A stretch of DNA of 60,912 bases, filler included, from Candidatus Ancaeobacter aquaticus (GTDB lineage: Bacteria; Auribacterota; Ancaeobacteria; Ancaeobacterales; Ancaeobacteraceae), in the NCBI GenBank assembly GCA_030765405.1. It is 4 parts of 4 records of this genome, joined end to end, with 100 filler letters (N's around TTAATTAATTAA, not from the genome) between each part and the next. Parts side by side here need not be neighbours in the genome. Positions count along the whole stretch, not along the records: positions 1 to 22,263 come from JAVCCP010000046.1; 3 more parts are not named here. One strand, given 5' to 3'. This document shows positions 1-9,838 of the stretch, piece after piece. The position numbers were made by a program, and so were the translations under genes. Every line of letters starts with the position of its first letter. Position 1 is the stretch's first letter. Under the pieces are notes generated by a model. That model was not told the origin of the DNA and did no database searches. It worked only from the letters and a program-made list of their open reading frames with translations.

Positions 1-188
1 AAAAAGGGGGCAAAGAAAAGCCGAGCCAGCCACGGCGAGGCAAGTGGCACGACCTAGTGCCACACATTACTGCGACTGACGTTCAGGAAGGAGCAGAGTA
101 TTACTTCATTGGGATAGCATAGCCCTGCGAGAGCAGAGCGCTCTGCAAAGTAGAGCGATATGCCGAGCGGGCGGAGGGATTGATTATT

Positions 189-1748
189 ATGAAGATTGGT
201 GTATATACAAGGGTGTCTACTGATTTACAAGTCAGACGAGGTGAGTCGTTAGATGAACAGGTTGACGAAGCTCGTTCATATTGTAAATACAAGGATATAT
301 CTATTGTTCAAGTATACCGTGAAGAAGGAAAGTCCGGGAAGAATATTGATCGTCCGGAGTTAAAGAAGCTCCTAAGGGATTGCAAGAAAGGCAAGATCGA
401 TACTGTTATTGTAAAGAAGTTGGATCGCCTTAGCCGTTCGATATTGGACTTTGAAAAACTATTACGGTTCTTTGAAGAATATAAAGTAACACTTATATCG
501 TTAAGAGAGAGTTTTGATACATCAAGCCCGATGTCACGAGCCGCGGTAAGGATAGTATTGGTCTTTGCTCAGCTCGAAAGAGAACAGACATCAGAAAGGA
601 CACGTGACGCTATGGTCTTTAGAGCTAAAAGAGGTATATGGAATGGCGGACATCTCCCATTGGGATATAATCTAATCCCCAAGAAAGGACTTGCTGTTAA
701 TAAAGAAGAAGCGCCCATTGTTAATCTTATCTTCGAGAAATATATAGAGTTAGCTTCGTATGTTAAAGTTGCAAACTGCATAAATGATCTTGGGTATCGC
801 ACAAAAAGTTATAAGGCAAAGAAAGGTCAAGAAATAGGCGGTGTTAAGTTCATTGATACACATATAGCAAGGACAATACAAAATCCCGTTTATATTGGTA
901 AGATATCTTATAAAGATGAGCTGTTTTTGGGTAAACACGAGGCGATCCTCTCAGAAGACATATATAATCATGCTCAGGAAATCAGAAATGAGAATAACCG
1001 TAGGAATGGAAGCATTAAGAAAGTGAATAAACACAACTTCTTATTAGAAGGTTTAATTTACTGTAGTGAATGTAATAGTCAAATGACACCAAGATACTCG
1101 CGCGGTAAGTCAAAAAGATACTTTTATTATGCATGTACAAAGGCTATTCATAGCGGGAAAGATACCTGTTCTACCAGAACTATTAGTGCACCTGCTATAG
1201 AGCAACTTGTATTAAACAGGATCCGCAGTCTTGTAAATGATGATGAGGTATTCAAAGAGGTAATGTCACATAATGATGAAGATAATCGGCGGTTTATTAA
1301 AGAGCTCAGGGAATCCGATCGGGGTATTGATGTAAAGATAGCTTCTATTGATAAAAAGGTCAGTATGGTAACAAATACCTTTAGTGAGGTAATAGCACAG
1401 GATAAAGAGCACGTAATAGCCAATGAGCTTAATAGATTAGATAAGGAGCGGAAGGATCTAATTAAAGAGCGCAATGATGCGCGCATTAAGGCAAACGATA
1501 TCGAGAGTCAAACCATAAGCAGAGATGTTGCACGTAATGGTCTTAAGGCATTTACTGAGGCATACCGTCCATTATCCCCATATGATAAGAAACGTGCGAT
1601 GACTGAGCTTATCCATAGTGTTGAATATGGGAAGGATAGGGTAAGCATACGTTACTACGTATTAGACGATACAGACGTTATTATAAACAAAGAAGGCGCT
1701 GCTAATCATCGAAATGGTTTCGCAACGCCTCCTACTTGGCGACCCTAG
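189..1748 (+). CDS. Large serine recombinase (resolvase + recombinase + Zn-ribbon + coiled coil), probable integrase
   Basis: N-terminal YTRVST catalytic Ser motif, DRLSR, LERE..SER, CSEC...C...C zinc ribbon. ATG at 189 follows GGAGGG; the ORF track starts at TTG 180. Stop codon lies inside tRNA-Glu. Confidence 0.93.
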   Translation: MKIGVYTRVSTDLQVRRGESLDEQVDEARSYCKYKDISIVQVYREEGKSGKNIDRPELKKLLRDCKKGKIDTVIVKKLDRLSRSILDFEKLLRFFEEYKVTLISLRESFDTSSPMSRAAVRIVLVFAQLEREQTSERTRDAMVFRAKRGIWNGGHLPLGYNLIPKKGLAVNKEEAPIVNLIFEKYIELASYVKVANCINDLGYRTKSYKAKKGQEIGGVKFIDTHIARTIQNPVYIGKISYKDELFLGKHEAILSEDIYNHAQEIRNENNRRNGSIKKVNKHNFLLEGLIYCSECNSQMTPRYSRGKSKRYFYYACTKAIHSGKDTCSTRTISAPAIEQLVLNRIRSLVNDDEVFKEVMSHNDEDNRRFIKELRESDRGIDVKIASIDKKVSMVTNTFSEVIAQDKEHVIANELNRLDKERKDLIKERNDARIKANDIESQTISRDVARNGLKAFTEAYRPLSPYDKKRAMTELIHSVEYGKDRVSIRYYVLDDTDVIINKEGAANHRNGFATPPTWRP

Positions 1749-1814
1749 CGGGATTTGAACCCGCGTCGTCGCCGTGAAAGGGCGATGTCCTGGACCGGGC
1801 TAGACGATAGGGTC
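1737..1814 (-). tRNA. tRNA-Glu(TTC), CCA encoded
   Basis: Reverse complement GACCCTATCGTCTAGCCCGGTCCAGGACATCGCCCTTTCACGGCGACGACGCGGGTTCAAATCCCGCTAGGGTCGCCA folds as a cloverleaf; anticodon arm TCGCC-CTTTCAC-GGCGA. Confidence 0.97.
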
Positions 1815-1900
1815 TTAAACTCATACTCCATACGGAGTTTTGCATACAGCAAATAATCAATCATATTCATTTGTGTATGCACCGGACATTACAAAATATA

Positions 1901-1973
1901 TGAGCCGCCTAGGACTTGAACCTAGCACAGCCACATTAAAAGTGTGGTGCTCTACCTGATGAGCTAGCGGCCC
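1901..1973 (-). tRNA. tRNA-Lys(TTT), CCA not encoded
   Basis: Reverse complement GGGCCGCTAGCTCATCAGGTAGAGCACCACACTTTTAATGTGGCTGTGCTAGGTTCAAGTCCTAGGCGGCTCA; anticodon arm CCACA-CTTTTAA-TGTGG. Confidence 0.96.
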
Positions 1974-1997
1974 AATATTTTATCTTAATCCTAAAGA

Positions 1998-2558
1998 TCA
2001 GACCTGCAGGATTTCTTCTTCTTTTCCTGCAAGCATTTCATCTATCTGCTTAATACAATTATTTGTTTTGTCCTGAACGATCTTTTCATTCTTGAACATA
2101 TCATCTTCAGTTATTTCGTGTGATTTTTCTAATGCCTTTATCTGCTCGTTCGCATGACGTCTTTCACTGCGTATCGCCACACGTGCTTCTTCAGTCATTC
2201 TCTTCGCAACTTTATCTAAATCTTTTCTTCTCTCTTCACTCAGCTCAGGTATACGTATTCGAACAAGCTTACCATCAATAATCGGATTAAAACCAATGTT
2301 TGCTTTTTTTATCGCTTTATCAACTTCAGCGGCTGCGGCAACATCCCATGGCTGTATAACGATCAATCTCGGCTCAGGCGTTGTAATACCTGCAAGCTCT
2401 TTCAAACGTGTCGGCGTACCGTAATAATCTACTTTAATATTCTCAACTAACGCACTTGACGCTTTACCCGTATGTACGGTTAAAAACTCGCTTTTTAAAA
2501 ACTCAAGCGATTTATTCATCTTGCTTTCCATCTCATCTAGAACTTTTCTTACCGGCAT
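1998..2558 (-). CDS. frr: Ribosome recycling factor
   Basis: TG(K)AS..L, IQPWD, P.LSEERR..L, EARVAIR motifs; follows pyrH. Confidence 0.97.
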   Translation of the reverse strand: MPVRKVLDEMESKMNKSLEFLKSEFLTVHTGKASSALVENIKVDYYGTPTRLKELAGITTPEPRLIVIQPWDVAAAAEVDKAIKKANIGFNPIIDGKLVRIRIPELSEERRKDLDKVAKRMTEEARVAIRSERRHANEQIKALEKSHEITEDDMFKNEKIVQDKTNNCIKQIDEMLAGKEEEILQV

Positions 2559-2595
2559 ATTAACCTCCTTGGTACCTATGCCCTGCTGCCTTATG

Positions 2596-3312
2596 TTAAT
2601 TGGCCACTATTGTACCAATTTTTTTCCCTAACACAACAGATTTTAGATTATCTTTTTTAAACATATTAAAAACTACGATAGGTATCTCATTATCCATGCA
2701 TAGTGAAAATGCTGTCGAATCCATTATCTTCAGTTTTTTCTTTATCGCGTCCATGTATCGAAGCTCATTGTACATCACTGCTTTCGGATTCTTCTCCGGA
2801 TCAGCATCATAAATACCATTAACTCTTGTAGCTTTTAAAAGAACATCTGCATTTATTTCGTTTGCTCTTAGTGCAGCTGTTGTATCTGTCGTAAAATAAG
2901 GGTTACCCGTTCCTGCAACAAAAATAACCACTCTATTCTTATCAAGATGTCTTATGGCGCGTCTTCGTATAAACGGTTCTGCCACTTGCCTCATCTCGAT
3001 CGCAGTAAGTACTCGTGTCGGAACCTTTATTTTTTCGAGTGCGTCTTGTACCGCAAGACCGTTTATCATGGTTGCTAGCATCCCCATGTAGTCGGCTGTT
3101 GTGCGATCCATACCGCTTTCTTCAGCCGCTAAACCTCGAAATATGTTTCCACCCCCTATTACTACGGTTACCTGTACTTTCAGCTTCCAGATCTCTTTAA
3201 TAGATACTGCAAATGACTTACATACAGAGTGGTCTATACCATAACCTTTTTTACCCTGCAATGCCTCGCCACTTAACTTTAAAACGATCCTCTTATATAC
3301 AGGTTTTTTCAT
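2596..3312 (-). CDS. pyrH: UMP kinase
   Basis: [27 protein letters not shown] motifs. Confidence 0.98.
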   Translation of the reverse strand: MKKPVYKRIVLKLSGEALQGKKGYGIDHSVCKSFAVSIKEIWKLKVQVTVVIGGGNIFRGLAAEESGMDRTTADYMGMLATMINGLAVQDALEKIKVPTRVLTAIEMRQVAEPFIRRRAIRHLDKNRVVIFVAGTGNPYFTTDTTAALRANEINADVLLKATRVNGIYDADPEKNPKAVMYNELRYMDAIKKKLKIMDSTAFSLCMDNEIPIVVFNMFKKDNLKSVVLGKKIGTIVAN

Positions 3313-3333
3313 AGAGCAACAGTTTTTTTATTA

Positions 3334-3924
3334 CTATTCTTTTCCTACCTGAAATCGTGAAAATCTGTTAATAATAATATTTTCACCGATTTCAGTAATT
3401 TTTGATGTAAGGAGTTCTTTCACTTTTACAGATGTATCTTTAACAAAGATCTGATCCAAAAGACAAAATTCTGAATAGAACTTTTCCATTTTGCCGTCTA
3501 CAATCTTTTCAATTACGTTCTCAGGTTTTCCGGTCACTTGCTCAGTAAAGATTTTTCTTTCCTTTTCTATTATGTCTTCAGGAACTTCTTCACGTTTAAC
3601 ATATTTCGGATCCGATGCAGCAATCTGCATAGCAATATCTTTCACAAATGCCTGGAAATTTTCATTTTTAGCAACAAAATCTGTCTCACAGTTTATTTCA
3701 ACCAAAACACCGATTTTCCCGCCCATATGCAGGTACGAACCAATAATACCTTGGTTTGCTGTACGGCTTGATTTTTTTGCTGCTACTGCAATACCTTTTA
3801 TCTTTAATATCTCCATTGCAGTGTTTATATCGCCTTTTGCTTCTTTAAGCGCATTTTTACAATCCATCATACCAACATTGGTTTGATCTCTTAGCTCTTT
3901 TACTTTCTCTGCGGGAATCTCCAT
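3334..3924 (-). CDS. tsf: Elongation factor Ts (short form)
   Basis: VKELRDQT..GMMDCKNAL and EINCETDFVA motifs. Start moved to ATG 3924, which follows AAGGAG. Confidence 0.96.
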   Translation of the reverse strand: MEIPAEKVKELRDQTNVGMMDCKNALKEAKGDINTAMEILKIKGIAVAAKKSSRTANQGIIGSYLHMGGKIGVLVEINCETDFVAKNENFQAFVKDIAMQIAASDPKYVKREEVPEDIIEKERKIFTEQVTGKPENVIEKIVDGKMEKFYSEFCLLDQIFVKDTSVKVKELLTSKITEIGENIIINRFSRFQVGKE

Positions 3925-3966
3925 AACAACTCCTTTATCATCTATGCCCTTCATGCGGACTGGCAC

Positions 3967-4809
3967 TTATTCTTTTTCTTCTTTTTCAACCTTCTTAGTT
4001 TTCTTCTTTGGCTCTTTGCTTTCTTTTCCATCTTGCTTTTCTCCTGCCGATTCAGCTACTGCACCTTCTTTTTTATCGGTTTTTTCCTCGACAGATTTTC
4101 CGTCATCCTTTTTTGTGTAATGCGCCGATGCTTTACCTTCGAGTATTGCGTCAGCAAACACTGATGTCAATATACGAACCGATTTCATAGCATCATCGTT
4201 TCCTGGCACACAATAATCAATTTCTTCAGGATCAGAATTCGTATCAACAATAGCAACAATAGGTATACCTAGTTTCTTTGCTTCAGCAACGGCTATTTTC
4301 TCTTTTTTGGGATCAATGATGATCACTGCTTTCGGCAACACCTTCATCTCTTTTATCCCTTCAAGATTTTTGCGCAATTTGAATAACTCGTGCTTTATTG
4401 ACGCCGCTTCTTTCTTTGGCAAAAGATCTAATGTCCCGTCTTGCTCCATCTGTTCGTAATTTTTATATCGTTCGATACTTTTACGTACCGTTTGGTTGTT
4501 GGTCAAGAAGCCACCTAACCATCTCTCGTTGATATAATACATACCGCATTTTGTCGCTGCGGCAATCACTGCTTCTTTTGCCTGCTTTTTTGTGCCGACA
4601 AATAAAACAGGCTGTTCCATATTTCCTACGCTCTTCAAAAATTCATGCGCTTCAGCTAGTTTTACCATTGTCATTTGAAGATCAATAATATGTATATTGT
4701 TCTTTGCTTCAAAGATATACGGAGACATCTTCGGGTTCCATCGTTTTGTCTGATGGCCAAAATGCACTCCCGATTCTAATAAATCTTTAATAGATACTGT
4801 TAAAGCCAA
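3967..4809 (-). CDS. rpsB: 30S ribosomal protein S2 with charged C-terminal tail
   Basis: GVHFGHQT..WNPKM, RWLGG.LTN, VDTNSDP, PGNDDA motifs; TTG start after GGAGG. Confidence 0.98.
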   Translation of the reverse strand: MALTVSIKDLLESGVHFGHQTKRWNPKMSPYIFEAKNNIHIIDLQMTMVKLAEAHEFLKSVGNMEQPVLFVGTKKQAKEAVIAAATKCGMYYINERWLGGFLTNNQTVRKSIERYKNYEQMEQDGTLDLLPKKEAASIKHELFKLRKNLEGIKEMKVLPKAVIIIDPKKEKIAVAEAKKLGIPIVAIVDTNSDPEEIDYCVPGNDDAMKSVRILTSVFADAILEGKASAHYTKKDDGKSVEEKTDKKEGAVAESAGEKQDGKESKEPKKKTKKVEKEEKE

Positions 4810-4968
4810 AATACATCCTCCTTCTCTAATGGTGTATGCATACGCATACTGCCAGACACCGAAACAATGAATAGAAACCTTCTATACCGTTTTCTTACTG
4901 TTTACTGCCGATGTCCGGAATCCAGCTTCTATTCATCACGCACAAGCACACGCAAGCACGGAACGTAA

Positions 4969-4997
4969 ATGCTATACTAAAACATAGTTTTTTACAA
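4969..4997 (-). promoter_or_regulatory. Putative sigma70 promoter of rpsB-tsf-pyrH-frr
   Basis: TTGTAA-N17-TAGCAT on the minus strand, giving a leader of about 150 nt. Confidence 0.5.
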
Positions 4998-5065
4998 GTT
5001 TTTTTTGATTTTATTAAGGATTTCTGCAAGCTACTTATATTAGGGTATTTATGTGTGGGGAGTGT

Positions 5066-5758
5066 TTAGTATTTTTCTTGTTCTATCCCCAGGGAGGCAC
5101 AGCCTTCATCGATTATTTTCAAAAGTTCATTTCTTAATTCTATTGCCTTTTCATCTTTAACCCGCTCAGAATCATCACGTGATACTATTACTGGTTTGCC
5201 ATATACCACCACTCCACGAGTAAAGGGCATGGGAAGCACCATGCGATCCCAGCTTCTCAAGACCTTTCTCCTGGTAACCTCATAGGATATCGGAACAATC
5301 GGATATCCGGTAATTTGAGCAAGGGTAATTATCCCTTGTGCCACGCTATAGACTGGACCTTTTGGTCCATCGGGAGTGTATCCTGCATCGTATCCAGACC
5401 GTAACATTCTTATCATCTCTTTAAACGCAGCTTTACCACCACGGGAACTTGATCCGCGGACTGTTGCAAGTCCATACCTATGGATTATACCACTGACAAT
5501 CTGCCCATCTTTACTCCTGCTGATCAAGGCGGCAAGCTTGCCATTACGATTTATCAATGTCCGATAAATGTGAGGCATCATGATAAGACGATTATGCCAA
5601 AATGCAAAAATTACATTCTTCCCCTTTTTAACCTGATCTGAAATAAATTCGTCATTAATCGGTTTTAAGCGAATTGATTTTGCAACACACGATAAAATTA
5701 TAAAACCAAGTGCAGGAAGAGTACGATCAATAATAAAATTAGAGATTTTATTTAACAT
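5066..5758 (-). CDS. DUF374 / LpxJ-like lysophospholipid acyltransferase family protein
   Basis: FWH, S.SKDG, VRGSSSRGG, TPDGPKGP, SWDR motifs; last gene of the lipid A operon. Confidence 0.85.
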   Translation of the reverse strand: MLNKISNFIIDRTLPALGFIILSCVAKSIRLKPINDEFISDQVKKGKNVIFAFWHNRLIMMPHIYRTLINRNGKLAALISRSKDGQIVSGIIHRYGLATVRGSSSRGGKAAFKEMIRMLRSGYDAGYTPDGPKGPVYSVAQGIITLAQITGYPIVPISYEVTRRKVLRSWDRMVLPMPFTRGVVVYGKPVIVSRDDSERVKDEKAIELRNELLKIIDEGCASLGIEQEKY

Positions 5759-7580
5759 TGTCTTTATTTACATTTGAAAACTGGAGGTCGTAAAACTTTT
5801 TGTACACCCCAGCATGGGTTATCAGTTCATCATGCCTGCCCATTTCAGCAATTGTTCCGTCATCCAAAGCAATAATAGTATCAGCATGTTGTATTGTCGA
5901 AAGCCGATGCGCAATTACCAATACCGTTCTGTGTTCCATTAATTTATCAAGTGCTTCCTGTACTAATCGTTCAGATTCAGTATCAAGCGCACTCGTTGCT
6001 TCATCAAGGATCAATATCGCCGGATTTTTTAGAATTGCTCTAGCTATAGTTATGCGCTGTTTTTCGCCACCGGAGAGCCGAGCGCCACGATCACCGATTA
6101 CAGTGTCATACTGGTCAGGAAGGTTCATGATAAAATTATGAGCATTAGCTATCTTTGTCGTTTCAACAAGCTTATCGAAACTTGTCTCAATATGACCGTA
6201 TGCAATATTATTTTTGATCGTGTCATTAAAGAGTATTGTTTCCTGAGTTACAATCCCGATATTTTTGCGCAATGATTCAATCGATAGATCTCTAATATCA
6301 CACCCGTCAATAGATATGGCACCTTTCGTTACATCATAAAAACGCGGAAGAAGGTTCACCAACGTCGTTTTGCCCACACCGCTAGATCCGACAAAAGCAA
6401 TTATCTGCCCCCGCTTCACCGAAAAATCAATATCCGATAAAACAGCCTCGCCCTTTTTATAGGAAAAAGATATGTCTTTAAATGCAATTTCATTTTTCAG
6501 TGTTTCAAGCTCTATCGGATTTTCTTTTTCAACAACTGATGACTTTGCATCAAGTACTTCAAACACACGTTCACCCGCTGCCATACCCTTTTGTATCGTA
6601 ACATTAAGTTTTGCGATCACCTTTAATGGCTTTACCATTGATACAAGCGCCCCTAAAAACAGAATAAATTGTCCAAGTGACATAGCACCGCCCAGAACAC
6701 GTCGTGAACAGTAGTACACAACAAAAAGTGCAAGAGTGATACCTGCTATTTCTGTAAGTGGCCCTAAAAACGCTTCACGTTTAGCTGCTTTAATCATTAT
6801 TTTAGCAAAATGGTTTGCAATCTGCCTAAACCGTGATATTTCATATTCTTCCATTGAAAATGCCTGAACAACACGTATACCAGAAAATGTTTCCTGTAAA
6901 ATTGAATTCAAGTCACCTATTGTTTCTTGTGACTGTTTACTGAGTTTCCGTAATCGTTTACCCACCTTTAGTACCGGATATGCAACAACGGGTAAGATCA
7001 CCAACGCAACCAAGGCAAGCTTATAATCAATTACTACAATAATCGTTGTATATAAGAGTATCTGCATTGCATCTTTGAGTGATGAAGCAAATCTTCCAGA
7101 AAGAAGTTCTAGAAGAATATTTACATCGTTGGTGATTCTCGCCATCAAAACACCAACACGTTCCTTAGAGAAATAATCCATTGAAAGATATTGTATTTTT
7201 GCATAAATGAGTACTCGAACATCACGGGTTGCATTTTGCCCAATATATTCCATAAGCACTTGTTGTATATAATCAAAGACAAGCTTAAGACAGGTTACAA
7301 CAAAGAAAAAACCCATCATGATATTTAAGAGGGCTATTCTATCAAAACCGTTTAAATAATTGAGGATCTCATAAAATTGCTCCTTACCAGGAAATGGCAC
7401 GGCTGTCGTGAAGGTTATTTTTTTACCACTTAATACACCGTCAACCAAAGGCAAAATTGTCATTATTGAAAAACCGCTAAATATCGTGAATAGAATGAGA
7501 CACACCATCGCTATAATAAATATCGCCAAATACGGCTTAATAAAACCAAATAATCTTTTAATAGTTGTTTTTTGTGTCAT
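5748..7580 (-). CDS. msbA: Lipid A flippase-type ABC transporter (TMD-NBD)
   Basis: Six-TM N-terminal half, Walker A GSSGVGKT, LSGGEKQR, ILDEATSALD; next to lpxB. Confidence 0.88.
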   Translation of the reverse strand: MTQKTTIKRLFGFIKPYLAIFIIAMVCLILFTIFSGFSIMTILPLVDGVLSGKKITFTTAVPFPGKEQFYEILNYLNGFDRIALLNIMMGFFFVVTCLKLVFDYIQQVLMEYIGQNATRDVRVLIYAKIQYLSMDYFSKERVGVLMARITNDVNILLELLSGRFASSLKDAMQILLYTTIIVVIDYKLALVALVILPVVAYPVLKVGKRLRKLSKQSQETIGDLNSILQETFSGIRVVQAFSMEEYEISRFRQIANHFAKIMIKAAKREAFLGPLTEIAGITLALFVVYYCSRRVLGGAMSLGQFILFLGALVSMVKPLKVIAKLNVTIQKGMAAGERVFEVLDAKSSVVEKENPIELETLKNEIAFKDISFSYKKGEAVLSDIDFSVKRGQIIAFVGSSGVGKTTLVNLLPRFYDVTKGAISIDGCDIRDLSIESLRKNIGIVTQETILFNDTIKNNIAYGHIETSFDKLVETTKIANAHNFIMNLPDQYDTVIGDRGARLSGGEKQRITIARAILKNPAILILDEATSALDTESERLVQEALDKLMEHRTVLVIAHRLSTIQHADTIIALDDGTIAEMGRHDELITHAGVYKKFYDLQFSNVNKDNVK

Positions 7581-7584
7581 ATTA

Positions 7585-8709
7585 TTATCCTAACATTGTA
7601 AGAACAACATCCGCGGCACGTGCACTTGCCCCGGGACGCCCAAGTTTTTCTTTTACTTTTCCTAACTCTTCTTTTATTTGTGCATATTTGTTGCAGTCAT
7701 CAATGATATCTTTTACTTTAGAAGAAATCAACTCTGGTTTTGCATCAAATTGAATATATTCATCAATGATCTTTTTTTGCGCTATAACATTTACGAGCCC
7801 AATATATGGGATTTTAATCAAAAGTTTTGCTAAAAACCACGTTATAACAGCAACTTTATATATTATTACCATAGGTGTAAGATAAAAAGCAGTTTGTATA
7901 GTCGCTGTCCCGGAAGCAACCATGCACACCTTTGACACCTTCATAACATTGCATACATTGTCTACTATCTCTACATGCACAGTGTGCTTACACATAATAT
8001 CTGGAACAATATGCCCTAAAGCCTTCTGATCATACGCTATAAAAAACCTGGTGTTTACATTCGTTTTTTGTAATAGTTCAGCCGTTTCCAACATTATAGG
8101 AAGATTTTTTTTTATCTCAGTTTCCCTACTACCCGGGAGTATCCCTACAATACAATCATCACTTTTAATACTATGTTCTTTTACGAAACTTTCTTCCAAA
8201 CCTTCTTTCATACTATCAATTAATGGATGTCCCACATAGGTTACCGGCACACCTGCTTTTTCATAAAGATCCTTTTCAAACGGAAGTATCACAATCATAT
8301 GATCTACACATCTTTTTATTTTTGTAATCCTTCCTGGAGCCCAGGCCCATATCTGCGGACTGATATAGTAAATTACCTTTACACCTTTTTTCTTTACCGC
8401 TTCAGCAAACTTTAGATTAAATCCGGGATAATCGATAAGTATAACAACATCAGGTTTTTCAGTATCAACAAACAAAAGGAGAGAATTAAAGACTCGTTTC
8501 AGTTCACGGTAATGCTTAAGGACCTCAACCGAGCCCATAACAGCCTTTGATGCAAGGTCATACAAAAGCGTCGCACCTGCAGCTTTAAGTTTTTCGCCTC
8601 CGGCTGCAAATACTCTCACGTCATTTTTCTTAGCACATATTTCTCTAACAAGATGTGCCCCGTGCATGTCACCGGACTGTTCACCGGCTATAACTAGTAT
8701 TTTTTTCAT
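7585..8709 (-). CDS. lpxB: Lipid-A-disaccharide synthase
   Basis: AGEQSGD, IDYPGFN, YISPQIWAW, LPGSR.E, SGTAT motifs. Confidence 0.96.
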   Translation of the reverse strand: MKKILVIAGEQSGDMHGAHLVREICAKKNDVRVFAAGGEKLKAAGATLLYDLASKAVMGSVEVLKHYRELKRVFNSLLLFVDTEKPDVVILIDYPGFNLKFAEAVKKKGVKVIYYISPQIWAWAPGRITKIKRCVDHMIVILPFEKDLYEKAGVPVTYVGHPLIDSMKEGLEESFVKEHSIKSDDCIVGILPGSRETEIKKNLPIMLETAELLQKTNVNTRFFIAYDQKALGHIVPDIMCKHTVHVEIVDNVCNVMKVSKVCMVASGTATIQTAFYLTPMVIIYKVAVITWFLAKLLIKIPYIGLVNVIAQKKIIDEYIQFDAKPELISSKVKDIIDDCNKYAQIKEELGKVKEKLGRPGASARAADVVLTMLG

Positions 8710-8726
8710 AATTTTAACAACTATTA

Positions 8727-8872
8727 TTAAATTCCAAACACTAATATCGAAATACTAAACAAATCTAAAATTCAAATTTTCAAATGACCAAAAATTACTA
8801 TTAAATTATTGTTAGTTTTGGATTTTGATATTTGATATTGTTTAGAGATTAGATATCAGTATTTAGTGTTTA
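8727..8872. repeat. Imperfect inverted repeat built of 7-nt units
   Basis: Left arm aaattcc/aaacact/aatatcg/aaatact...; right arm is complementary in composition (ttttgga/ttttgat/atttgat...). Confidence 0.6.
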
Positions 8873-8877
8873 AGTTT

Positions 8878-9825
8878 TTAAACTATTCCACGTTCTTTCA
8901 TTAATTTTTTCTTTTCACGTATTTGTGCTATTATCTCCATTGCAACTTCAAGCGCATGCAAACCATGTTCTCCTGTCACAAGTGGAACCTCATTTTTTTT
9001 CACACTTTCAATAAATGACTGTATTTCAGATTTAAGCGGTTCATCTTTTTTGAGAGGGATTTTCTTTCTTCGCACCTTTGCATTATTCATAGTGTATATA
9101 TATCCATTCTGATTTTGATAATCAAGTGAGATATATGCTTTGTTTTGGAAAATTCTTATTTTTCTCATTTCTTTATTACCAATCTTACTTGCTGCAATAT
9201 TTGCGACACAACCATTCTCAAATTCAATACGTGCGTTTGCAATATCATCATTCTCGCTTACGACATTTATTCCGACTGCTCTTATTTCTTTTACCGGTGA
9301 AGGAACAAGATTAAGAAGAATATCAATATCATGAATCATTAGATCAAGCACTACACCAACATCTGTTCCTCGCGGATTATAGGGGCACAAACGATGCACC
9401 TCTACAAACATCGGATTAAACACAATGTCTTTCACTGCGCGAATAGCAGGATTAAACCGTTCAATATGACCAACCTGCAACACAACATCTTTTTCTTTTT
9501 GCAGTTTTACTAGTTTCTCTGCCTGCTCTAATGTTTCTGTAATAGGTTTTTCAATTAATACGTGCACACCCGAGCACAACAACTTTTCAGCTATTTCAAA
9601 ATGTGCCGGTGTAGGCACAACTACATTGGCAACATCAACAGTATCTAAAATCGGCTCTATCGATGAATAATATTGCACATTATGTTTCTTAGCAACCTTA
9701 TTTCCACGGCCACTATCACTATCCACAACACCTACTAGCTCCACATCTTGAAGTTCAGTATATACACGCGCATGATGCCGGCCTAAATGTCCCACTCCTA
9801 TTACTACAGCTTTTAATTTTTCCAT
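8878..9825 (-). CDS. Gfo/Idh/MocA oxidoreductase, GnnA-like (UDP-GlcNAc 3-dehydrogenase candidate)
   Basis: IGVGHLG Rossmann motif, EKP, GHIERFNPA, DLMIHDID; lies between lpxI and lpxB. Confidence 0.8.
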   Translation of the reverse strand: MEKLKAVVIGVGHLGRHHARVYTELQDVELVGVVDSDSGRGNKVAKKHNVQYYSSIEPILDTVDVANVVVPTPAHFEIAEKLLCSGVHVLIEKPITETLEQAEKLVKLQKEKDVVLQVGHIERFNPAIRAVKDIVFNPMFVEVHRLCPYNPRGTDVGVVLDLMIHDIDILLNLVPSPVKEIRAVGINVVSENDDIANARIEFENGCVANIAASKIGNKEMRKIRIFQNKAYISLDYQNQNGYIYTMNNAKVRRKKIPLKKDEPLKSEIQSFIESVKKNEVPLVTGEHGLHALEVAMEIIAQIREKKKLMKERGIV

Positions 9826-9838
9826 TGTTCATCCCGCC

